Shown here: in pieces, positions 29,640 through 37,356 of the stretch
How the letters are laid out: each line of letters begins with the position of its first letter
Position numbering within the stretch: position 1 is the stretch's first letter
Origin: Anaerohalosphaeraceae bacterium
GTDB lineage: Bacteria; Planctomycetota; Phycisphaerae; Sedimentisphaerales; Anaerohalosphaeraceae
Reading direction: 5' to 3'
NCBI GenBank assembly: GCA_050309605.1
Contig: JBNRMN010000033.1
Location: 257,460-321,459 of the forward strand
DNA length: 64,000 bases
Position numbers and translations under genes: made by a program
Notes under the pieces: generated by a model
The model's database searches: none
What the model was told of the DNA's origin: nothing
Seen by the model: only the letters and a program-made list of their open reading frames with translations

Positions 29640-31088
29640 ATGAGCTTTGAACTGACCATTTTCGAAGACGCCGAACTTCAGGCCGAGTACCTCGACTGGC
29701 TGACCGAGCAGCAGTGGCCGGACAATCAGGCGCATTTCGGGCGGCTGTGGGATTACTACCAAAACCCGTCTGCGTCGTCGTATGGCGGCGGCAATGAGGA
29801 AACGGGCAACGGACGGATTCAGGCCCAGGAAACAGGGCTGCCGCCGCGGATTACCGGTCGGACTTACACCTCGACGCAGGAGGCGGGTCTCGGCAGAAAA
29901 GTCAGTGACATTCAGCGCAAAGAAGTGGTGATTGAAAACGACATTGCCTGGCGCATCGGCGCGATGGTGGATTTTCTATTCGGCAAAGGCGTGTCGTTTG
30001 TCAGCCGCGTCGCCGAGGCGACTCGACGCCAAGAGATTGAACGGATTGTTAAAGCGGTGTTCGAGGCCAACGGCGGCGCGGGCTTTTTCCAGGAGTTGGC
30101 GGTGCTCGGGAGCGTGTATGGATTTGCGGACTGCCTTGTGCGTCCGGGCGAGCGGCTTGTTTCACGTTTGTGCCGTCCTTGGCGGCAGGACGTTCGCAGA
30201 ACACTTCCAGACGCATCTTCATTTCAAACCATCCTTGACCACGCGGAAACCATCGCCCTTGAGCTGATCGAAGCGCCTCGGGCACTGCCGATCCTGGACG
30301 AGTCGGACTACCGCAGACTGCGGTACTATGTGCAGCATTTTCAGCAGCCGTGCAACGCGATTGAGCACAGCGGCCCGTCGATTGTCAGCCGGATGGCCGG
30401 TCGCGCCGGCCAGCGGCAGCGCAAGATCATCACCGTAACCGAAATCCTGGGTCCCTCGGCCTGGCAGCGGTACGAAAACGGCGAGCTGGTTCGGCAGGGC
30501 GCCAATCCGCTGGGGTTTGTGCCGGTGGTGCATATTCAGAATCTGGCCCAGCCGTATGCGTATGAGGGCATCAGCGACGTGGAGCAGTTGGTGCCGCTGC
30601 AGGATGAGCTGAACACGCGGCTCAGCGACCGGGCCAGCCGGATCACGATGCAGGCGTTCAAGATGTATCTGGCCAAAGGGCTGGACGGATTTTCCGACAA
30701 GACGATTTCTCCGGGGCGGCTGTGGTTTACGGACAATCCCGAAGCGACGATTGAGGCGTTCGGCGGCGATACGGCCAGCCCCAGCGAGAACCTGCACATT
30801 GCCGAGGTGCGCGAGGCGATGGACAAAATCAGCGGAGTCACGCCGGTGGTTGCGGGGGTACTGAAGAACAAGCTGGGCAATCTGACCAGCGGCGTGGCGC
30901 TGAAGATGACGTTTATGGGGATGCTGAGTAAAACGGCGCGCAAGCAGTTGACCTACGGACAAGGTCTGCGATCCATCGCGAAGATGGTGCTGACGATGCT
31001 GGACCGGGCCGGCGTCTATCCGACCACTCCGGAAGAGCGAAACGTTGAGGTGCAGTTTGCCGATCCGCTGGACGAGCAGGAAAAGTAA
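29640..31088 (+). CDS. Phage portal protein (SPP1 gp6-like)
   Basis: RLWDYY...VVIENDIAWRIGAMVDFLFGKGV, NPLGFVPVVHIQN, GISDVEQLVPLQDELN, SGVALK, VEVQFADPL pattern; first gene of a head module. Confidence 0.82.
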   Translation: MSFELTIFEDAELQAEYLDWLTEQQWPDNQAHFGRLWDYYQNPSASSYGGGNEETGNGRIQAQETGLPPRITGRTYTSTQEAGLGRKVSDIQRKEVVIENDIAWRIGAMVDFLFGKGVSFVSRVAEATRRQEIERIVKAVFEANGGAGFFQELAVLGSVYGFADCLVRPGERLVSRLCRPWRQDVRRTLPDASSFQTILDHAETIALELIEAPRALPILDESDYRRLRYYVQHFQQPCNAIEHSGPSIVSRMAGRAGQRQRKIITVTEILGPSAWQRYENGELVRQGANPLGFVPVVHIQNLAQPYAYEGISDVEQLVPLQDELNTRLSDRASRITMQAFKMYLAKGLDGFSDKTISPGRLWFTDNPEATIEAFGGDTASPSENLHIAEVREAMDKISGVTPVVAGVLKNKLGNLTSGVALKMTFMGMLSKTARKQLTYGQGLRSIAKMVLTMLDRAGVYPTTPEERNVEVQFADPLDEQEK

Positions 31089-31173
31089 AAGGGTAAAGGT
31101 AAAAAGGTAAAGGTGTACTCTGTGGTTGTTATGTGAGTTTGAAATTTGTGATTTGAGAAAGGGGAAAGTGAGT

Positions 31174-31683
31174 ATGAGTCAGAATGATGTAGAACATCAC
31201 GATCTGTCAGAAGACAACGGAAACGCGGAAAAGACGGTGCCGGTATCGGAAGCGATTCGGTATCGCAAACGTGCCCAGCAGGCCGAGCAGCACCTGGCCG
31301 AGGTACAGGACCAATTGTCGCAGCAGCGACAGCAGACCGAGCAGTTGAACCAGCAGCTTTCGGCCTTGCATCAGCAACAGGCGCTTCGCGAGGCGCTGCA
31401 CGAGGCCGGGACGACCGATCCGGAAACGACGCTGCTGCTGGCCCAGGCACGGCTGGCGGCTGACGAAACGGAAGACGCCGCATCGGTGGTTCAGCAGCTT
31501 CGCCGCGACAAGCCGCACTTGTTTGCCGCGTCGGTCAACACCGCCGCGCCGGACAAGACCGCCGGCCTTCGTCATCGCCGGGACGGCAACGAGGCGCTCA
31601 CCAGCGCCGCAGCGCGAGCGGCTCAAAGCGGAAACCGGGCGGATTTGCAGCAGTATCTGCGAATGCGACGGCGGCATGTGTGA
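31174..31683 (+). CDS. Putative capsid scaffolding protein
   Basis: Coiled coil, 'LRRDKPHLF' motif typical of phage scaffolds, basic C-terminus; lies between portal and capsid. Confidence 0.7.
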   Translation: MSQNDVEHHDLSEDNGNAEKTVPVSEAIRYRKRAQQAEQHLAEVQDQLSQQRQQTEQLNQQLSALHQQQALREALHEAGTTDPETTLLLAQARLAADETEDAASVVQQLRRDKPHLFAASVNTAAPDKTAGLRHRRDGNEALTSAAARAAQSGNRADLQQYLRMRRRHV

Positions 31684-31693
31684 CGCCAGACAG

Positions 31694-31763
31694 CCTCATC
31701 CCCGCGGAGGCGGGGAATCGGGGGTTACGCGGCGATTGGATTCCCGCCTTCGCGGGAATGGCA
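31694..31763. repeat. REP-like palindrome (TCATCCCCGCGGAGGCGGGGAATC...GATTCCCGCCTTCGCGGGAATG)
   Basis: Imperfect inverted repeat resembling the widespread GTCATTCCCGCGAAGGCGGGAATC REP family; lies between scaffold and capsid genes. Confidence 0.75.
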
Positions 31764-31854
31764 GTACAGAAGGGGGATGACAGTACAGACAGAAATGGAA
31801 GTATCGAACGAGAACGATCGTATTAACAAGAACGAATGGAAAGGGGTAAACAAA

Positions 31855-33009
31855 ATGGCTTTTACAGGAAAAGCAACCTACAGTGCCGGCCCGACGCTGC
31901 CGGAAATCGCCGAAGATGTGTCGGATTTGATTTCGATTGTTTCGCCGTATGAAACGCCGCTGCTGGATGTGCTGGGCGATTCGCTGCGAGCGGCGACCAG
32001 CACGCATCATGAATGGCTTGAAGACGAATTGCTGCCGAACAAGGACATCGTCGATGATGGAATGATCGGCGATCCGCTTGATTCGGAGCAGTTCGGTGTG
32101 GCCCATCCCTCGCGTTTTCGCATCGGCGACCAGATTCTGATTGAAGGCTCCAAAGAGCTGATGCTGGTGACCAACATCTTGGAAAACAGGATAGTGGTGG
32201 TGCGCGGCTATGCAGGGACGACACCAGAAGAGATTCTGGATGGCCAGACGATTAACATTCTCGGCAATGCGGCGCTGGAAGGCGATGACCGGCCGGCGGC
32301 GCGGTTTACCCAGCGCGTTCGCAAAAGCAACTGGACGCAGATCTTCACCGCCGCGGTCGAGGTCAGCGGGTCGGATATGGCGGTCAATCAACTGGGGCTG
32401 GACGACGAGATGGACTATCAGAAGCAGGAGCGGCTGCGCGAATTGCTGCGCGACCTGGAAAACACCGTCATCAACGGCGGTATGCCCACGGTCAATCCGC
32501 AGGGCAGCGGCTCGGTACGGCGGACGATGCGCGGCATTATCACGCATCTGACGACGAACGTGTTTACGCCGGGACAGGCGGGGTTTCCCGACAGCAGCGG
32601 CCTTGACGAAAATCAGATCAACACCGCCCTGCGCCGTATTTGGGAAAACAGCAGCGGCAGCGTCGATCTGATCGTCGTTGGCGGCTATCAGAAACGACAG
32701 ATCAATGATTTTTTGTCGGCGATTCGCGGCTACGGCGCTAACGACACGACCTATCGCGATCGGGTCAGCCTGTACGAAAGCGATTTCGGCGTCTGCCGCA
32801 TCGTCACCACGCGCTGGATGCCGCAGGATACGGTGCTGCTGCTGGATTCGTCGCGGATCAGCGTGATGCCGCTGGCCGGACGCAGCTTCCACTTCAAGCC
32901 CCTGGCCAGCAGCGGCGACTATGAGTGCGGCGAGTTGATCGGCGAATACACGCTGGAGCTGCGAAACGAAGCGGCGCACGGTGTTATCCGCGGATTGGCG
33001 ACGATGTGA
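31855..33009 (+). CDS. Major capsid protein (DUF5309/SU10-like, HK97 fold)
   Basis: EDVSDLI...PYETPLL, HEWLEDEL, NWTQIF, RDLE, RTMRG, YESDFG, GEYTLELRNEAAHG pattern; AAGGGG RBS before ATG 31855. Confidence 0.82.
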   Translation: MAFTGKATYSAGPTLPEIAEDVSDLISIVSPYETPLLDVLGDSLRAATSTHHEWLEDELLPNKDIVDDGMIGDPLDSEQFGVAHPSRFRIGDQILIEGSKELMLVTNILENRIVVVRGYAGTTPEEILDGQTINILGNAALEGDDRPAARFTQRVRKSNWTQIFTAAVEVSGSDMAVNQLGLDDEMDYQKQERLRELLRDLENTVINGGMPTVNPQGSGSVRRTMRGIITHLTTNVFTPGQAGFPDSSGLDENQINTALRRIWENSSGSVDLIVVGGYQKRQINDFLSAIRGYGANDTTYRDRVSLYESDFGVCRIVTTRWMPQDTVLLLDSSRISVMPLAGRSFHFKPLASSGDYECGELIGEYTLELRNEAAHGVIRGLATM

Positions 33010-33040
33010 GGTTTAGAGTTTTGAGTTCTGCACATTCATC

Positions 33041-33083
33041 GGGTCGGGGTCGAAACAGGGCAACAAGGGGCAGGCCCCGGCCC
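33041..33083 (+). terminator. Hairpin downstream of the capsid gene
   Basis: GGGTCGGGGTC...GGCCCCGGCCC stem; no clear U-tract. Confidence 0.35.
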
Positions 33084-33142
33084 GGATAGAATATTGAGAA
33101 TTGAGAATTGGGAATTGGGAATTTCAAGTGAAGGAGATTGTT

Positions 33143-33781
33143 ATGCTGACCTGTGATGTGGATTTGCTGATTTTGGAGCCGGCGTTGTTTAAGCTCTGGC
33201 GGATTGATCATCAGCAGCGGTGTCGCGGCGGCAATGGGACGCTCGACGGAACGAGCTTCAGTGCGTCGGGAATGGATTTTATCGCGTCGGGCGTTCAAGT
33301 TGGTGATGTGCTGTACCTGGCCAGTATCGACAGCGTGATCGACGGCTGCTATGAGATCATCGAAGTGGCCTCGACGACGCAGTTGACGGTTTCCATGGTG
33401 CGCGGCGATGAGACCGATCCGCCAATCGCCGTCGGATCCGGCAATAATCTGATCTGGCACATCAGCACATTCGCGCCGCAGCGGGCCAGGGCCGAGCGGT
33501 CGCTGTCAGATCGGCTGAGATTGACGCCGGAGGCCATTGCTATGCTCGGCGCAGAAAGTCGGCGACAGTTTCGTGCAGCGGTGACTGCGGCGGCACTGGT
33601 GCTGGTTTTTGAAGCACTGATTCAGCAGGACGACGATGATGTGTTCGAACGCAAAAAAGACGTCTATCAGCAGGCGACCGAGGCGGCGGTGTGTCGGCTG
33701 CGGCTGGAGCTGGATACAACCGGCGATGAGCGAACCGATACAGTGCGTCGCGGCGATGAGCTGCACTTAAAACGCGGGTAA
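33143..33781 (+). CDS. Hypothetical protein, possible head-completion/connector
   Basis: AAGGAG RBS; directly after the capsid; beta-rich middle and helical C-terminus. Function inferred from position only. Confidence 0.55.
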   Translation: MLTCDVDLLILEPALFKLWRIDHQQRCRGGNGTLDGTSFSASGMDFIASGVQVGDVLYLASIDSVIDGCYEIIEVASTTQLTVSMVRGDETDPPIAVGSGNNLIWHISTFAPQRARAERSLSDRLRLTPEAIAMLGAESRRQFRAAVTAAALVLVFEALIQQDDDDVFERKKDVYQQATEAAVCRLRLELDTTGDERTDTVRRGDELHLKRG

Positions 33782-33801
33782 GGATCAGCGGGAGTGAGAG
33801 G

Positions 33802-34047
33802 ATGCAGACACAACAGGACAAGTGGCGGCTGGAACGGCGGGTCAGCGTCTCGGCGCTGGTGCAGGTGGTGATGCTGGCCGGATTGATAATCGGCAGTTGG
33901 GTCAACTTGCAGCGTCAGTTGGATTTGCTCCAGCGGGATGTACGGCTGCTGCTGGCGTCGCAGGAAAAATTCTGCACCCGGCTTGAGCGTTTGCAGGAAA
34001 CAACGCTCTCGCAGGAGTATCGCCTGCGACACTTGGAAAACCAATAA
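33802..34047 (+). CDS. Small single-TM coiled-coil protein (holin-like?)
   Basis: GAGG RBS; TM (VSALVQVVMLAGLIIGSWV) followed by a heptad region. Confidence 0.6.
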   Translation: MQTQQDKWRLERRVSVSALVQVVMLAGLIIGSWVNLQRQLDLLQRDVRLLLASQEKFCTRLERLQETTLSQEYRLRHLENQ

Positions 34048-34060
34048 CGCAAACACAAAA

Positions 34061-34135
34061 GCGCGGCAGCGTAAGCGGCCCGATAGGGCGAAACGACGTG
34101 GGTGTCGCTGTCCGGCCGCTCGCGCGGCTCGGCTG
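34061..34135 (-). repeat. Inverted copy of the REP pair at 29276-29352
   Basis: Reverse complement reads CAGCCGAGCCGCGCGAGCGGCCGGACAGCGACACCCACGTCGTTTCGCCCTATCGGGCCGCTTACGCTGCCGCGC, colinear with 29275-29351. Confidence 0.85.
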
Positions 34136-34170
34136 TTGTGAAAACAACGCTTGTCAAACTGAAGGAGACT

Positions 34171-34746
34171 ATGATGAAAAAGGCATTGATGATTGTCGTA
34201 TTGACCGTATGGGGCTGCGGGTGCGGGATGGTTCGGCCGGCGGCTACGGAAGCGCAGAAACAGAACGCCTGGGCGCATTGGCGGACGTGCGATCTGACCG
34301 GGCAGACGGCGCGTCAGGAAGCCGCTTCGGACACGCTTCAGGCGCTGACGGCCCTGACGGCGCAGCAGAGTGAGGCGTTTGTACTGGATTACGGGTTGCC
34401 CAGCGAGCCGCCGACGATGGAGACGGTCGAGGCGGTGTTGGCCGAGGCGCCGGCTCTTGCGCAGCAGGCGACCGTCGATGCGCAGCGAAAACCCGATGCG
34501 TGGGCGATGGCCGACGGGGCGCTGGAGCTGGGCATCGGGCTTGCCGGGCTTTTGGGCGGTGTGTACGGCCTTCGGCTTACGACGTTTCTTAAGCAGGCAA
34601 AGCAAAAAAGTGACGCGCTGAGGGAGATCGTCGAAGGCAATGAGCTGTTCAAGCAGCTTTGCCCAACGGCAACCGATCAATTCAAGCAAGCCCACGCCAA
34701 CCAGTCGGCTGCGACGAAGCGACTGGTCACGGAAACCAAAGGATAA
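34171..34746 (+). CDS. Putative lipoprotein with second hydrophobic segment (spanin-like?)
   Basis: AAGGAG RBS; signal peptide ending VWGCGC; LELGIGLAGLLGGVYGL segment. Confidence 0.65.
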   Translation: MMKKALMIVVLTVWGCGCGMVRPAATEAQKQNAWAHWRTCDLTGQTARQEAASDTLQALTALTAQQSEAFVLDYGLPSEPPTMETVEAVLAEAPALAQQATVDAQRKPDAWAMADGALELGIGLAGLLGGVYGLRLTTFLKQAKQKSDALREIVEGNELFKQLCPTATDQFKQAHANQSAATKRLVTETKG

Positions 34747-34816
34747 CAGCGAAATGTCAGTCTCAAAGGGGCTAACTGACTGAACACCCCTCCGGGGTGA
34801 TGGTCTCGGATACATT

Positions 34817-35566
34817 ATGAGCGCGTGCAGAATCACATCACAACTTGAACTGGTCAAGGCCGACATCACGGCCTATCGGGCATTGGAGCGGTATCATTAT
34901 CGCGACGGGGCGTTGGGGCCGTATTGTGCGATTTACGCCTTGGCCGAGCGGTGCCTGCGGCGGCAGAAGACCGGGGCGACGGCGGGGGTGATTGTCTATG
35001 CTCCCGCGCCGCTGAACTGTGCGATGCGCGACGTGGCCACCGGCGGATACTTTGCCGGACGCTGCAAGGCCGAGAAGCTGGCGCTGCTCAATGCGCACGT
35101 GAGGCGGATCAGCCGCGTGATCATTGAGCCGCGGTATCGCGGGCTGGGCCTGGCAACGCGGCTGGTGCGCGATACCCTGCCGCAGGTCGGGTCGGCGCTG
35201 GTTGAGGCCTCGGCGGCGATGGGGCATTTGCACCCGTTTTTTGAGCGGGCCGGGATGCGGCCCTTTGCACCGGGTGCCGATCCGGTGCGTGAGCGTCTGG
35301 AACAGGCGTTGATTGAGGCCGGGATTGATTCATCACGGTGGATCGAGCCGGCGGCGGTCCAGGCGCGATTGGAGTCGTTGAGCAAAATGCAACGCGAGTC
35401 GGTGGAAAAAGAGATACAGTTATTCCTGAATCGATTTGGTCGAAGACGCACCATGACGCCGGGATCGGAGCGGACAGCGTATGTCCTGAATCGGCTGGCC
35501 GCAGCACCGATGTATTACGCCTGGCTCAACCCTGACAGACCGGCAGCGGGGTTGTGGCTTGCATAA
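34817..35566 (+). CDS. GNAT-fold acetyltransferase-like protein
   Basis: RISRVIIEPRYRGLGLA acetyl-CoA-binding motif A; FFERAGM. Confidence 0.75.
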   Translation: MSACRITSQLELVKADITAYRALERYHYRDGALGPYCAIYALAERCLRRQKTGATAGVIVYAPAPLNCAMRDVATGGYFAGRCKAEKLALLNAHVRRISRVIIEPRYRGLGLATRLVRDTLPQVGSALVEASAAMGHLHPFFERAGMRPFAPGADPVRERLEQALIEAGIDSSRWIEPAAVQARLESLSKMQRESVEKEIQLFLNRFGRRRTMTPGSERTAYVLNRLAAAPMYYAWLNPDRPAAGLWLA

Positions 35567-35588
35567 GGAAGAAAATTCAAGATGTGCT

Positions 35589-35615
35589 TGTGTTTTTTCG
35601 ATCTTTTGCTATACT
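35589..35615 (+). promoter_or_regulatory. Putative sigma70 promoter of ssrA
   Basis: TGcTATACT extended -10 about 27 nt upstream of the mature tmRNA 5' end. Confidence 0.45.
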
Positions 35616-35641
35616 GTAGGCGTATAGGAACAGGTACAGAA

Positions 35642-35993
35642 GGGGGCGAAAGGCTTCGACCGGATAGGATGACGGTCAGGCGGCGTGTCCAGGATGACGG
35701 TTGGCCTGGTAAATCATCCGTCACGAACAATAACTGGCAACTACCAGTATGCAATGGCTGCGTAAATAACCAGCCCGTCCCGGCAGACCTTGTTCGCGGG
35801 TTTGCCCCGGACGTCGGAAAGCGAACTGGCCTGCGGGTGTGTTTGCGGCCCAACGGCGAGACTTTAGCAGACTAGTGAGCACCGAAGCCTGTCGTTCGGC
35901 GTTGGTGCGAGCGAACCTTCAATAGAGCGACTATGCACGTAGAAGTCTGGCCTGAAATATCACGGGACGGGGGTTCGACTCCCCCCGCCTCCA
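35642..35993 (+). ncRNA. ssrA: tmRNA
   Basis: 5' GGGGGCG...TTCGAC pairs with 3' GGGGGTTCGACTCCCCCCGCCTCCA (G3-U70); tag frame at 35736-35765 encodes (A)GNYQYAMAA-stop; 352 nt. Confidence 0.95.
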
Positions 35994-36069
35994 TATTTTT
36001 ATATACACGCAGGTGCGGTGTATCAACGTCGAATTCCTTGATTGCCAACTGTTGTTGAAAGCGTATGTT

Positions 36070-37329
36070 ATGCGAAAACTCAACGCCGTGGTGATGACGC
36101 TGGCGGGGGGGTTGCTGATTGCGGCGGCCGTTCTTAAGGTTCATGAAGTACTGACCGTCTATTTCCCCTCGTGGCGTGAGCACGGCGTGTGGGAGTCGTG
36201 GGAGTTTTTCCTTGTCCAAATTCCGGTGGAGTTTGCACTGGGGGTGTGGATGGTCAGCGGCTTGTTTCGCAAAGCGGCCTGGCTGGCCGGGACCATTGCC
36301 TATTTCGGGTTTATCGGCGTTACTCTGTACAAGGCCCTGATCGGGGCCGAGTCCTGCGGATGTTTCGGACGGGTGGAAGTGGACCCGTGGATCACCCTGT
36401 TTGCGGTGGATGTGCCGTTTGCCCTGCTGTTGGTGATTTTCCGTCCCAAAGGACTGAAACTGCTTCCGCCGCCGTGGCCGCGTATCGGCCATGCCATTGC
36501 CACGGCGATTCCGATTTTTGCGGCACTGATCTTTACGGCGCCGATGCTGGTGGCCTTTCGACCTGAGTTTACCAAACCTGAAGACTGGACGGCGCAGGGG
36601 ACGCCCCCGCCGCGACCGATTGTCAAACCCAAGCCGGTCGATGTGTCCGATCCGGCAGACGTCCGGACGGACCCTGCACCGCCTGCCGATCCGACACCCA
36701 TAGCGGAGACGGACCCGGAACCTGAACCGGAGCGGACTGACGACCCGACGGTTCATACAGCCCCGTCGCAAACCGATGCCAAACCCGATCAGCCGGCTGC
36801 TGCGGAAACCGAAGCACAACCTGACCAGACGCCGGAACCGGAACCGATTCGTGATCCGGAACCTGAAATTGAGCCGGAACCGGAGACAGAGCCGAAGACA
36901 GAACCTGAGATTGCGGCGGAACCGGAATCCGAGCCGGAACCTGAGATTGCGGCGCCGCCGTTGTGGCCGTGGCTGGAGTATATTGACATTGCCGACCAGC
37001 TCAAAGAGGGCATCGTCGTTGCCTATATGTACCATCACGATTGCTCGATTTGTGCCGACAGTGTGCCCACATACGAGGCCTATCACAAAGAAATGGAGCA
37101 AATGGGGGTTGAGGAGTTCACGATTGCCTACCTTGCCATTCCGCCGTACGGCCAGGGGCCTGTGCCGGCCGATACAACCTGTCTGCACGGCAAGTTGACC
37201 GACAAACGCAGTTGGGCGATTACCAGTCCGTTCGTGGTCGCCTTGATTGACGGCAGCGTGGTCAAGCAGTGGCCGCAGGGACAGGCGCCCGAACCGGATG
37301 CGATTTTGGATGAAATCTTCGGTCCCTGA
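36070..37329 (+). CDS. MauE/DoxX-like membrane protein with Pro/Glu-rich linker and CxxC thioredoxin-like C-terminal domain
   Basis: TMs with ESCGCFG motif, PE-rich repeats, YHHDCSIC, ITSP. Confidence 0.75.
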   Translation: MRKLNAVVMTLAGGLLIAAAVLKVHEVLTVYFPSWREHGVWESWEFFLVQIPVEFALGVWMVSGLFRKAAWLAGTIAYFGFIGVTLYKALIGAESCGCFGRVEVDPWITLFAVDVPFALLLVIFRPKGLKLLPPPWPRIGHAIATAIPIFAALIFTAPMLVAFRPEFTKPEDWTAQGTPPPRPIVKPKPVDVSDPADVRTDPAPPADPTPIAETDPEPEPERTDDPTVHTAPSQTDAKPDQPAAAETEAQPDQTPEPEPIRDPEPEIEPEPETEPKTEPEIAAEPESEPEPEIAAPPLWPWLEYIDIADQLKEGIVVAYMYHHDCSICADSVPTYEAYHKEMEQMGVEEFTIAYLAIPPYGQGPVPADTTCLHGKLTDKRSWAITSPFVVALIDGSVVKQWPQGQAPEPDAILDEIFGP

Positions 37330-37356
37330 CCGGGATGGGATCGGCCTCAGGCCGGA

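Noticed and set aside
28924..29643. ORFs of 239, 149 and 108 aa over the repeat region
   Set aside because: They translate GC-rich repeats and have no recognisable motif or RBS.
31764..35646. 13-bp match GTACAGAAGGGGG at 31764 and at the tmRNA 5' boundary (35634) as an att site
   Set aside because: Matches this long are expected by chance in 64 kb, and this one lies inside the module rather than at its edge.
35582..35875. 97-aa and 112-aa ORFs overlapping ssrA
   Set aside because: The region is explained by tmRNA and its tag frame.
29640..35993. Intact prophage or satellite integrated at ssrA
   Set aside because: No integrase, replication or regulatory genes, no duplicated ssrA 3' end noticed by eye, and the module is on the 5' side.
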